Assembly: GCF_009914755.1 (NCBI RefSeq)
Contig: NC_060927.1
Length of the DNA: 64,000 bases
From: the human T2T-CHM13v2.0 reference genome, Homo sapiens
Reading direction: 5' to 3' (one strand)
Shown here: positions 1-12,820 of the stretch, piece by piece
Layout of the letters: every line of letters begins with the position of its first letter
Position numbering within the stretch: position 1 is the stretch's first letter
The notes under the pieces: model-generated
The model's database searches: none
Told to the model about the DNA's origin: nothing
What the model saw: the letters and a program-made list of their open reading frames with translations, nothing else
Position numbers and translations under genes: made by a program

Positions 1-115
1 ACATCTTCCATGTGGCCCCTTTCTCAGGGCCATCCTTCCCCTTCCCCACTTTGAGGTGAGCTCTGTTGAACCATCAGGATCTTTAGCACACTGTTTAAAA
101 AATATTGACCTAGAC

Positions 116-443
116 CTCAGTAAATTGTCTCCTAAAGAGCCAGATAGTAAATATTTTAGGTCTTTTGGGCTCTTTAGTCTATTGTATTACTCAACGATGC
201 TATTGCAGTGCAAAAGCATCCAAGGATATTCCGTAAATGAGTGTACATGGCTGTGTTCCTATAAAACTTTATTTACGATAATAAAATGTGAATATCACAC
301 CATATTTGGATGTCACAAAATATTATTATTTTCTTGATTTTTTCCAACCATTTTAAAATGTAAAAACCATCTTTAGTTCACAGGCCAAATGAAAACAGGC
401 TGTGGCTGGATTTGGCCTCTGAACAACAGATTGCTGAACCCTG
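116..443 (+). mobile_element. MER58B-like hAT-Charlie MITE
   Basis: Core 'gccagatagtaaatatttagg...tggctgtgttcctataaaactttattt...aaccctg'; flanked by 8-bp acctagac/atctagac (hAT-type TSD). Confidence 0.8.
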
Positions 444-1033
444 ATCTAGACTCTGTCAAGGGACCGTGGGGAAGAACTCTGCCCTTTCTTACATATAAGG
501 GTCAGGGACAATCTTAGATACAGGCTAAGTTGGTATGTATTGTACAGAATATGACTTCAACTCTTGAGGTGGTTTCAAGCTCTGGATGTCTCTATTCCTG
601 AAGATTTTTGCTCCATCAACTCACAGCTATTTGCTGTCCTTTTCAAACCGTGACATCTTTTATTCCACAATAAATAAGGAGATTTAAAAAACCCGTCTGA
701 AATTCTATAGGTGTCAGATCCTTTTCTGAAAGCAGGCTTTGACCTGAGGGGTGAAGAAGGAAATAGCTAAGCTTTTCCATTCTTGAGGTTTCAAGATTCT
801 AGAATAGAGACAGAAGAAGGTGGAGACACAGAGAGCATTCTGAAGGCAGCACTTCACTTCCTTGCCCAGAGACAATACTGCTTGTAAATCTACAGAAGCT
901 TCTTGACCTAGGATTCTGGAACTGTATTGTCAGTTTTCAACTTGGTGTGCCAACAAGCAAATGGAGCAAGCTTGGATGATCAAAATCTAGCACCTCCCAG
1001 TAACTCTTCTATGCCAGTCCTTTTGTGTATGTT

Positions 1034-2116
1034 TGTTGCGGGAAGTCAGGGACCCTGAACGGAGGGACCAGCTGGAGCTGCGGCAGAGGAACATAAATTG
1101 TGAAGATTTCATGGACATTTATCAATTCCCAAATAACACTTTTATCATTTCTTATGTCTGTCTTTACTTTAATCTCTTAATCCTGTTATCTTCGTAAGCT
1201 GAGGATGTACGTCACCTCAGGACACTGTGATAATTGTGTTAACTGTACAGATTGATTGTAAAACATGTGTTTGAACAATATGAAATCAGTGCACCTTGAA
1301 AAAGAACAGAATAACAGCGATGTTTAGGGAACAAGGGAAGACAACCATAAGGTCTGTCTGCCTGCGGGGTTGGGTAAAAAGAGCCATATTTTTCTTCTTG
1401 CAGAGAGCCTATAAATGGATGTGCAAGTAGGGAAGATATCGCTAAATTATTTTCCTAGCAAGGAATATTAATATTAATACCCTGGAAAAGAAATACATTC
1501 CTGGGGGGAGGTCTATAAACAGCTCCTCTGGGAATGTCTGTCTTGTGCAGTTGACATAAGGACTGAGATAAGCCCTGGTCTCCTGCAGTACCCTCAGGCT
1601 TACTAGGGTTGGGAAAACTCTGCCCTGGTAAATTTGTGGTCAGACCGGTTCTCTGCTCTCAAACCCTGTTTTGTGTTGTTTAAGATATTTATCAAGACAA
1701 TACATGCACCACTGAACATAGACCGTAATCAGTGGTTCTGTTTTTGCCCTTTGCCCTGTGATCTTTGTTGGACCCTTATCAGTGGTTCTGCTTTTTCCCT
1801 TTGTCCTGTTCTCTCAGAAGCATGTGATCTTCGTTAGACCCTTATTAGTAGTTCTGCTTTTTGCCCTTTGAAGCATGTGATCTTTGTACCTAATCCCTGT
1901 TCTTACAGCCCCTCCCCTTTTGAAACCCTTAATAAATACTTGCTGGTCTGAGACTCAGGCAGGCATCATGGTCCTACCAATATGTGATGTCACCCCTGGC
2001 AGCCCAGCTGTAAAATTCCTCTCTTTATACTGTCTCTCTTTATTTCTCAGCCGGCCAATACTTATGGAAAATAGAAAGAACCTATGTTGAAATATTGGGG
2101 GCGGGTTCCCCCAATA
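1034..2116 (+). mobile_element. MER11 (probably MER11C) solo LTR of HERV-K11/HML-8
   Basis: Starts TGTTGCGGGAAGTCAGGGACCC, ends GGGTTCCCCCAATA; internal ~50-bp 'agtggttctg...tgtgatcttt' repeats; AATAAA near 1932; 6-bp TSD tatgtt/tatgtc. Confidence 0.9.
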
Positions 2117-2264
2117 TATGTCAGGTGCTATTGGAGCATCTGTGGGTTCTTCCTACCCATTTGGAGCCAATAAACATAGACAGAAAATGAAAGAAGGAAG
2201 AAATTCAAGGTCCCAAGAAGGCCCCAAATGTAATCAGCTTCAGAGCAATTAAGAACTGACTGTA

Positions 2265-5200
2265 AAGAGACTCATCTCACATAGTGACACTCACAAGCTC
2301 AAGTAAAAGAATGGAGACAGATTTACTATGCAAAAGGAAAACAAAAAGGAGCAGGAGTTGCCATTCTTACATCAGATAAAACAGATTTTAAAGCAATACA
2401 AGTGAAGAAGAATAAAGAAGGACATTACATAATCATAAAGGGTACAATCCAACAAGAATACTCAACTATCCTGAATATATATGCACCTAACATTGGAGCA
2501 CCCAGATTCATAAAACAAGTTCTTATTGACCTATGAAGATATTTAGACAAGAACACAATAATAATGGGAGACTTTAATATGCAACAGACAATGTTAGATC
2601 ATCGAGGAGGAAAATTAACAAAGAAATTAACAAAGAAACTCAACACTTGACCAACTGGACCTAACAGACATCTACAGAGCACTCCACCCAACAACCACAG
2701 AATATACATTCTTCTCATCTGCACATGAAACATATTTTAAGATTGATCCCATGCTTGGTCTTAAGGCAAGTCTCAGTAACTTAAAAAAATGGAAATCATA
2801 CCAAGCACACTTTCAGACCACAGTGCAATAAAAATAGAATATAATACCAAGAAGATGTCTCAAAATACCCAAATATGTGGAAATTAAACAACTTACTCCC
2901 AAATAACTCCTGGGAGAAAATTGAAATTAAGGCAGAAATAGAAAAATTCTGTGAAATTAATGAAAATAGGGACACAACATACTAAAATCTCTGAGATGCT
3001 GCTAAAGCAGTGTTAGGAGGGAAGTTTATAGTGCTAAATGTTTTCATCAAGAATGTAGAAAGATCTCAAATTAACAGTCTAACTTTGCACCCAAAGGAGG
3101 TAGGAAAAAAGAACAAAGCAGCCAAAAACTAGCAGAAGAAAAGAAATAACTAAAAAATTAAAGAAGAACTGAATGAAGCTGAGATGCAAAATTCTATACA
3201 AAAGATCAATGAAACCAACAGTTGGTTTGTTGAAAAAATAAACAAGATTGATAGACCACTAGCTAGATTAACAAAGAAAAAAAAAGAGAAGATCCAAGTA
3301 AGTATACTCAAAAATGACATTACAATTGATCTCACAGAAAAACAAAAGATCCTCAGAGAATACTCTGAACAACTCTATGCACACAAATTAGAATATATAG
3401 AGGAATGGACAAATTCCTGGAAACACACAATCTCCCAAGATAGATTCAGGAAGAGATTGAAACCCTGAATAGACCAATATTGAGCTCTGAAATGGAAACA
3501 GTAATAAAAAACTTATCAGCCAAAAAAAGTCCTGGATCAGATGGATTCACAGCTGAATTCTACTAGATGTACAAAGAAAAACTGGTGCTAATCCTACTGA
3601 AAGTATTCCAAAAATTCAGGAGTAGGGGCTCCTTCCTAACTCATTCTATAAAGCCAACATCAGCTTAATACCAAAATCTAGCAGAGACACACCAAAAAAA
3701 AAAACCAAAAAAACAAAAAAACAAAAAACAAAACAACAACAACAAAAAAACAAAGTTTCAGGCTAATATCTATGATGAACACAGATGCAAATATTCTCAA
3801 CAAAATACTAGCAAACCAAATCCAGTAGCATGTCAAAATGTTAATGTATCACAATAAAGTAGGCTTTATTCCTGGGATGCAAGGCTGGTTCAACATGTGC
3901 TAACCAATAAATGTGATTCACCACGTAAACAGAATTAAAAGCAAAAACCATAAATTTATCTCAATAGATGCAGAAAAAGCTTTGGTGAAATCCAATATCC
4001 CTTCATAATAAAAACCCTCAACAGACTAGACATCGAAGGAACATATCTCAAAATAATAAGAACCATCTATGACAAACCCACATCCAACATCATACTGAAC
4101 AGGCAAAAGCTGGAATCATTTCCTGTGAGAACTGAAACAAGATAAGGATGCCCACTCTCACTATTCCTGTTCAACAGAATACTGCAAGTCCTAGCCAGAG
4201 CAATCAGACAACAGAAAGAAATAAAAGGCATCCAAATGGAAAAAGAAGAAGTCTGACTATCTCTATTTGCTGATGATATGATTCTGTAACTAGAAAACCC
4301 TAAAGGCTCTGCCAAAATTCTACTAGAACTGATAAACGATTTTAGTGAGGTTTCAGGATACAAAAGTCAATGTACAAAAATCAGTAGCATTTCTACACAT
4401 CAAAAATTGTCCAGGCTGAGAGTCAGATCAAGAACACAATCTCATTACAAAAGCCACAAAGAAAATGAAATGCCTAGGAATACAGCTAACCAAGAGGGTG
4501 GAAGATCTCTACAGGGGAATTACAAAACACTGCTAAAAGAAATGTGATGACAAAAATAAATGGAAAAACATTCTATACTCATGGATTAGAAGAATCAATA
4601 TTAAAATGATTAATGCCCATACCGCCCAAAGCAATTTACAGATTCAATGCTATCCATATCAAACTACCAATGTTATTCTTCACAAAATTAGAAAAAAGCT
4701 ATTCTAAACTGCATATGAAAACAAAAAAAGAGCCTGAATTGCCAAAGCAATTCTAAGCAAAAAGAATGAAGTTAGAGACATCAAACTACCCCGAACCATA
4801 CCATAAGGCTACAATAACCAAAATGGCATGGCACTGATACGAAAACAGATACATTGACTAAAAGAACAGAGCAGAAAACTCAGAAATAAAGCCACACATT
4901 TACAATCATCTGACCTTCAACAAGGCCAACAAAAATAAGCAATGAGGAAAGGACCCCCTAATCTATAAACAATAGTAGGATAACTGGTTACCCATGTGCA
5001 GAAGGATGAAACTGGACCATTACCTTTCACCATATACAAAAATTAACTCAAGATGGATTAAAGACTTAAATGTAAGATTACAAACTATGAAAATCCTAGA
5101 AGAAAACCTAGGAACTACCCTCGTTGACACTGGCCTTGGAAAATAATTTTTGGCTGTGTTCCCAAAACCAATTGCAACAAAAACAAAAATTCACAAGTGG

Positions 5201-6171
5201 GACCTAATTCGACTAAAGAGGTTTTGCACAGCAAAATAAACTACTAACATAGTAAACAGACAACCTACAGAATGAGAATATATTAGCAAATTATGTATTT
5301 GACAAAGGTCCAATATCCAGAACCTATAGGGAACTTATCAAACAGCAGAAAACAAATAACCTCATTAAGAAATGGGCAAAGGACATGAACAGACACTTCT
5401 CAAAAGAAGACATGCAAGTAGCCTACAAACATATGAAAAAATGCTCATCATGAATCATCAGAGAAATGCAAGTCAAAACCACAATGAGATATTATCTCAC
5501 ACCAGTCAGAATGTTTCTTATTAAAAACTCAGAAAACAACAGATGCTGGCAAGGTTGTGGAGAAAAAGGAATGCTTATACACTGATGGTGGGAGTGTATA
5601 TTAGTGTGACCATTGTGGAAGACAGTTTAGTGATTTCTCAAAGAACTTAAAACGGCTACCATTTGACCTAGCAATCCTATTACTGGGTATATGCCCAAAG
5701 GAAAATAGATTGTTATATCAAAAAAACACGTGGACTTGTATGTTCATTGCCACCCTGTTCATAATAGCAAAGACAAGGAATCGACCTAGGTGCCCATCCA
5801 CAATGGATTGGATAAAGAAAATGTGGTACATATACACCATGGAAAACTATACAGCCATAAAAAAGAATGAAAGCATGTCCTTTGCAGCTACATGAATGGA
5901 GCTGGAGGCCATAATCCTAAGTGAACAAAATGCAGGAACGGAAAACCAAATACTACGTGTTCTCATTTGTAAGTTGGAGCTAAACATTGAATACACATGG
6001 ACTTAAACATGAGAACAGGAGACACTGTGGCCTACTAGACAGGGGAAGAAGGAAGCATGGGTTGAAAAATTATCTGTTGAGTACTATGTTCACTTCCTGT
6101 GTGCAGTATACCCATGTAACAAAGTTGCGGATATACTCCCATATCTAAAATAAAAGTTGAGGTTAAAAAAA
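2265..6171 (+). mobile_element. 5'-truncated old primate LINE-1 (L1PA15-17-like): decayed ORF2, 3'UTR and poly(A)
   Basis: ORF2 homology throughout; RT motif FADDM (tttgctgatgatatg) at ~4266 followed by an in-frame TAA; 3'UTR 'gggttgaaaaatta...tacccatgtaacaaa...aataaaagttga'; TSD aagaactgactgta (2251-2264)/aagaattgactata (6172-6185). Confidence 0.93.
3694..3753. repeat. A-rich (AnC) microsatellite expansion inside L1
   Basis: aaaaaaaaaaaaccaaaaaaacaaaaaaacaaaaaacaaaacaacaacaac seen directly. Confidence 0.85.
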
Positions 6172-7640
6172 AAGAATTGACTATATTTTTATTATTACCA
6201 TCTAAACCCCCTTTGTGGCCAATGTTAAAAGCTAATTCACTTTGGCTGTATCTTTAATGTATAGGATTTATTTTTTTAAAAGTCATTTGCAGAAGAAAAA
6301 TGAAAGAAGACAACGCTTCTATTTTGATTGACCACGATTTGTTAATTGCCTAACCGGTCAAGTGAAATTGAATTGAATGCCAGGTCAACCAAAAAAGTCA
6401 AATGTTTTTCTGTAGATGAAATTACAGGATATACAATAGAAAGTGGATGGAAGTAATCAATCCTCCCCCAAATTTCTACTTCCCTCTAAACTTCTACAGA
6501 AATACTTCACAGACCAAACTTCCTGTGCCCAAAACAATTGACTTAACTTGAAACTTTGCTTTTCTTCTTGTCTTTTACTGGGTAAACCTCTGAATAAAAT
6601 GTTCTTTAAAATATCTGCTGAAAACATATCATCAAACTGGGAAAATATGACAAACGGGCAATTTGCGAATGCCTTCTTTTTCTACTCTCTTTGCAGCTGT
6701 CACACTGGTTTTTGTGATACGTGTGAGGAGGGGACGTGCTTCAAAGAAAACATTACCCCACTCATGACACAGGACAGCGCTAAGAGAAAATAAAAAGGGC
6801 GTGTCTTAGAATCCTTCTCTGTTGAGGAATCAGCAGTTATACGGACTAATTGTCTTTTTGCAAACTCTAAGCATTCTATGAAGTACTAAAAAATATTAAT
6901 TCATGATTTCCCCTGAAGCTGTCATGTGGTCTCAGTGGGTGGTCAGGAAGTGAAGTGTAAAACATCAATGTCTGCATCTCAGGGAGTCTTCCCTTTGATC
7001 AAGCTCAGAGCCCAGGCAGGAAACAATATGCTTCTTGCTTTACTGCCATTGAGGATTGTTCATTAGTTTTAATTATTTTCTAAGATCTAGAGGGAGCCAT
7101 CCAAAAAAATTAATCATGAATGGAAGGCAGGGCAGCCTTCTGTGATCGTAAAAACACATAAAGCGTTTTGGATTATGGACTTTTTATGATTTATACTCAA
7201 ATTTGAACTGAAGGAGGCATGTAGTATATCAATATTTATTTAGAAAGCATGGGAATTTATAATAAATCATAAGTTTTGTCGTAAAAATAAGTTGATTTTC
7301 CATTGTGTTTTTAAACTTAATTTTGTGAGCGTGTATGGAGTGCTTTCCTAATTTTGACCTTGCTAGAAAAATAAATTTTGCAATAACATCTTATTGTGAG
7401 GAGGGATTTTAAGATTAGGCTAATTATACACTGTCTTTCTCTAAGCATTCCTACCAAGTACAGAGAATGTCTTTTGTTCTGGAGCAGACTATTTCGTTCT
7501 GGAAAGTTTAGAAACGCTGAACCCTGTCTCTCCATAACATCCTCTCTAACCTCCCATCACTTCATAAATTAAGCCCATCTTTCTTCCATGACAGCCCTTC
7601 AATTATTGAAGCATCTGTTGAGTTCCCTTAAGTCTTCTGA

Positions 7641-7885
7641 AGGGTTTAGGATTGTGGGCTCTGGAATCCAACCACTTAGGTTCAATTTGGGGTTCTACTA
7701 CTTACTAGATGTGTAACTGGGCAGTTATTTAGCCTTGGTAGGCCTTGGTTTCCTCTTCATGAAAAATGGAGAAAAAATTATGCCTAGCTAGTCACAGGTT
7801 GGTTGTGAAGATTAAATGAGGATATTCATCTAAAGTCCTTTGTAGCCTGTGAAATGGTGTCAGCAAACACTATTTATTACTGTTA
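7641..7885 (+). mobile_element. MIR SINE
   Basis: 'gggctctggaatc...ttactagatgtgtaactgggcagtta...gtttcctc...aaaatgg...gttgtgaagattaaatgag' MIR core. Confidence 0.8.
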
Positions 7886-7960
7886 ATATTATGTCTATGT
7901 TTTTGATGAAACAAATTCCAATATGTCCTCATGTGACATAGTTCTGAGTCCCTCCACTAT

Positions 7961-8060
7961 CAGGGTGACCAACGTGTCTTGGTTTTATGAGTGAAAAGTC
8001 CCATATCCTGGAACTCTTCCTGAGTCCCAGGCAAACTGGATCGATTGGCCAATCTCCCTA
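7961..8060 (+). mobile_element. MER81-like hAT-Blackjack MITE
   Basis: cagggtgaccaac...aaagtccc...agtcccaggcaaactgga...cccta termini. Confidence 0.7.
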
Positions 8061-9899
8061 CTATTTATATATTGGTTACTGACTTTGGGATTTTTCTGCC
8101 CCAATTAAAGTACCTTTAAGATGCCCCTAAAAACCCTGCCATGTGATACAGTCCCATTAAAAACTGTCTAGAGTGCTGAGAGCTGTGTTTGGCGTTATTG
8201 TCTGGCTTACTTTCTTACTCAATCTTGCTTCCTCTATGATAACTATCTGGTACCTCTAATACTATGCTCTTGGTCTTCATATTGGGGCTTATTCTGGATT
8301 GGCTTTGAGTGTTTCCTTACAAATATTATTTGACCCCTTTCTTATCTATCTTCCATATCACAGATGGAATTGAACTGATGTTCACCTGTGCTTGCCTGGT
8401 GCTCACTTGGCATGTCCCCAGAGTCAGCCTCCATCTTGCCCTATGAGAATGGATACATCACCTTGCACCAAGTCGCAAGGCACAGGCCTGGAAGCAAGTG
8501 AAAATCAATCAATCTGCAACCTTAGAGACTGACTTTTAAATCAGACCCTTGCAATTGTTACGGTCCTCTACTACATATTCTGTATCTATCTGTAATCATA
8601 TAAAATAACTATGCCTTACTGAAACTTCAACGTACTATGTCTCCTACATTTATTACGCTTTGTTCTGAAAACCCTTTCAAAAAGGGAAATGCAATTGATC
8701 TGGCATGGCTGTTGGTTCCTGTGATTACTCCTACCTTTTTTAATGCTCCAAAACCATCTACCTGCTTGTTGCAATGTCTGTGATTCATGAAAAGACACTG
8801 ATAGACACAGGAAAAAGTTGTAAGATTTCTGTAATTGCAAAAGATAAGGACATTTATCTTTTTAGAGGTGACTACTCAAAGCAGGAGATAGTATGTTCTT
8901 GACTTTCCAGATCTCCCAAAATTTCCCATGGAGATCTACAGCTGGTACCCGCTTTGTGTAGTCTTGAATCCTCAGTAAGCAAAAATATGGCATTATCCTA
9001 TTCTCAAAGGTCTTTAGATCCTCCTTGCCTTCCAACTGCCCTTTAGATTTTGGCTAGGAACTACTACTCACCAGGTGCAATTAATGAGTAGAAAACAAAC
9101 CCATCATATTTCTGAGTGTTTACTGCCAGATTTAGGTGAATCTAATATAAATTTCTAAGGCATAGCCCCCTTCTGGCAATGGCCAACTTTCAGATTTGTT
9201 TTGGGTTTCTTTTGATGTTGTATGCTGGAAAAAATTGCCAGAGATTATTATTAATACACTTGTCAGTGGTGTACTGAACCTGCTTTTCTCCTTCCCTTTA
9301 AAATGCAGAACTAGGCTTGCTAATCTTTGGGCTTCCGAAGAGGTTCCACATTGTTCATTCCCTTTTGAGACTTGGGATCTTTCACAGAAGTAAGGAATGC
9401 AACCAAGAGTCCCAGAGTGTTAGTCATACATAACAAGTTACAAGCAGGTTTTAAGGAGGATGAAGTGGTCTTTGGACATCTTTATTTTTTCTGAACTTCT
9501 ATAGAATGTATTTACATCCTAACATCCCATATGCATTCTCTCCCTTATTAGAATGTAAACTCTTCAAGAAAAATACATCAATTTTAGTCATCTTCATATC
9601 CTACACAGGGATATGAATATTTTTTTCCATTGTGAAACAGTGTTTTCTAAGTATAGAAATTAAGTGGACATAGCCCTCAAAGTAAAAGAAATATGATCTT
9701 GTTGGAACTAAAGCTATCTATAAATTGGAAGTCAGCATAAGGATTCATGGATGTCACCGAAGCGGGGTGGTGTAGTGGAGTTCCACAAAATTCGTGTGTA
9801 GATTCATGTCCCTGCCAAGCCCTCCCAGAATAAACAATGTTAATGACAATGTTTTCCAGTATGTGGTAGTTAATTATTCACACAGTCAATGCTAAGTCT

Positions 9900-10040
9900 T
9901 AATGTTCATCTTTTGAGATAGGTTATATATAATCCCATTTTAGAACTGAGAAAACTAAGGTTCAGAGAGTACAGGTGACTATTATCAAGGAGACAGAACT
10001 AAGTGCAGAACCAACACATAATTGAGTCATCTGGCTCCTT
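9900..10040 (-). mobile_element. MIR fragment
   Basis: 'atcccattttagaactgagaaaactaaggttcagagag' reverse MIR core. Confidence 0.65.
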
Positions 10041-10333
10041 CTCCTCTTTCCAACTTGGGCTTCCCTGTCTTTGCTGTTGTGTCTATACTTCATGGCATGT
10101 GGAAAGCAAAGATTATGTGAAAGCAGCAACTCCAACCACAACCCAGGAGGTAACTTCTCTCTCTTTATCATCTTCACATCCAATCCATTCACAGGTCCTC
10201 TCAATTTTTCCTACCAAATAGGTACCGGATTCATCTGTTTTGATCCCACATCTGTCACCTGAGTCTATGCTACCATCACTTGGATGAGTGCAGAAGCTTC
10301 CTAAGGGGGCTCTCTCCTGTCATGCTTTATCAT

Positions 10334-10519
10334 CCATGGTTCTCAACTTGAGTATGCATCAGAATCTCCTGGGGGGCTTATTAAAGCACAGATTGCTGGA
10401 TCCCATGCCAGAGTCTCTGATTCGGTAGGTCTGGATGGTGCCTGAGAAACTGCACATCTAAAGAATTCCCAGGTGATGCCACTGCTGCTAGTCTAGGGAT
10501 CATGATCTGAAAACTGCTG
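10334..10519 (+). mobile_element. MER5A hAT-Charlie MITE
   Basis: 'tggttctcaacttgagtatgcatcagaatctcctgg...cagattgctgg...ttcccaggtgatgcc'. Confidence 0.85.
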
Positions 10520-10653
10520 CTCGCCACAATCTATTTGCCATATAGTAGCCTGAGTGATCTCTCCTAACCTCAAATCAGATTAAGTTCGTCCTTTGTACGC
10601 AAGCTTCTTTCCGATACCTTCTCATTTATACCCATTACAAAAATCTAGCTAAT

Positions 10654-10777
10654 TCTTGCTCTGTCTCCCAGGCTGGAGTGGAGTGGCATAATCATAACTC
10701 ACTCCTGACCTCAAGTGATCTTCCTGACTTGGCCTTCCAAAGCACTGGAATTACAGATGTGAGGCACCATGCCCAGC
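10654..10777 (-). mobile_element. Alu monomer (FLAM-like, or an internally deleted Alu)
   Basis: 'cccaggctggagtg...ctcctgacctcaagtgatc...ttacagatgtgaggcaccatgcccagc'. Confidence 0.75.
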
Positions 10778-11658
10778 AGGCCATGAAATCCTTTTTGATA
10801 TGCTCCTGATGACCGCACTAACCTAATTTCCTCCTTGTTCACTGAGCCTCCTTTCCATTGCTCGTCACTCAAACTTCATCCTACCTCAGAGCCTTTGACC
10901 GTCCCTCTGCCAGGAATATTCCTTTCCTAAATCTTTGAATGAATGGATCCCCTTCATCATGTAGGTGTCAGTTCAAGGCCAGTCTCCCCAGAGAGCTCTT
11001 TCCTTTCTTTTTACAGTTTCCCTCTCAGTAACTCTGTCACCTCTTTCATATTTTCCTATTGGTTTTACTTATTTTCTCCCCATATTGTGAGTGCAAACTC
11101 CATGAGAACAGGGCCATTGTCTTCACTGTTTATACCTGAGCTCTATACCTAAAACCATGCCTGGCACATAGTTTGGCTCAGTAAATGAATGATAAATGAA
11201 TGATTGAGCCTCTAAAACTCTCTGAAGATCCACAATCTCCTGAAGATTAGTAATCCCTCTAGAATCCCGGTTCTCATGCTTTCTGAAGCTCTGAGGTCAG
11301 TGGTTCCAAGCACTCTGCAACCTTCTTTATCATGAAGGAAACAACTATACACTATCACTTGCACCTTGCAGCTGCCTGAGTGGAAAAAAAAAACTGTAGG
11401 TCATAAATATGACAAACAGTAGAGACACAGAGCCAGTTTTTTCTCACTATTTGGTTAAAGTAGAAATAGAGATCCTTAAACAGCTAAGGACTTTTGAAAG
11501 AAATGAGGAAAGACTCTATACAGTATCCATAAGTATCTTTATCTCTGCTGTGGAACCCAAGGATTGAATAAACCTGCCCTCAGGAATAGGTGCAGCAGCT
11601 ATAGATGTGTGTGTATATAAATAAATGTATATATAGACCACAGACAGAACATCTGTAG

Positions 11659-11982
<324 letters not shown>

Positions 11983-12039
11983 TCTAACTTCCATTCTTTT
12001 GGGGAAATTCTTAGTGTCTATGTGGCTGGGATGGAGAAT

Positions 12040-12820
12040 TTCCTTCCCTTCAGCTCCATGCTGGACACATGTCTCAAGCCTGGCCAATCAGATTACTCCA
12101 TTCCTCTGGTTAGCTGTTGGTCAAGGGATATGTCACTGCATCACTCTGGGGCAGGGAGAATACCCTCTACAAATTATCCTGTTGCTATCAGGAAATATAC
12201 TCTGTCTCCCTGGAATCATGAGAACAATATAAACTTGAGAACTCTGATCACCTCCTCATCATGGCACGGGGAGAGTCTATTTGAGAATTAAGCTTGATAT
12301 GGTTTAGCTTTGTGTCTCCACCCAAATCTCATCTTGAATTGTAATCCCCATGTGTCAAGGGAGAGATCTGGAGGAAGGTGATTGGACCATGGGCGTGGTT
12401 TCCCCCATACTATTCTCATGATAGTGAGTGGGTTCCCATGAGATCTGATGGTTTCATAAGGGGCTTCCCCCTTCACTCTTCCCTTCTTCTCTCTCCTGCT
12501 GCCTGTGAAGAGGTCCCTTCCACCATGATTGTAAGTTTCCTGAGGCCACCCCAGCCATGTGGAACTGTGAGTCAACTAAACCTCTTTTCTTTATAAATTA
12601 CCCAGTCTCAGGTATGTCCTTATAGCAGCATGAGAACGGACTAATACAAAGCCGAATCCAGATACAGAGAGGTGGAGTCTGGATGACATCATTTTAACCG
12701 CTGGAGCCAGGAGTGTCTGAATCAAATACTGGATTTCCTACTTACGGGAACACATTTTCCATTTGTTCTTGAGCTAATTTGAATTAGATCCTGTCACTTA
12801 CAATTGAACGAGTGCTGAGG
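12040..12820 (+). mobile_element. MLT1K/L-like MaLR LTR split by a THE1 LTR
   Basis: 'ctggccaatcaga...' 5' part; 3' part 'ctggatgacatcattt...gagctaatttgaattagatcctgtcacttacaattgaacgagt'. Confidence 0.6.
12295..12648 (+). mobile_element. THE1 (C/D-like) solo LTR
   Basis: TGATATGGTTT...cacccaaatctcatcttgaattgtaatcccc...ggactaataCA; 5-bp TSD aagct/aagcc. Confidence 0.92.

Larger units (their letters stand above)
10130..11207 (+). mobile_element. L2 LINE 3' part, interrupted by MER5A and an Alu monomer
   Basis: Pyrimidine-rich L2 body; 3' end 'aaactccatgagaacagggcc...tgcctggcacatag...taaatgaatgataaatgaatga'. Confidence 0.75.

Noticed and set aside
1730-1890. Regularly spaced ~50-60-bp repeats resembling an array
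   Set aside because: They are the internal tandem units of the MER11 LTR, with no unique spacers
3150-5895. ORFs 3184-3468, 4067-4363 and 5710-5895
   Set aside because: Fragments or antisense frames of a decayed L1 ORF2 with many stops and frameshifts
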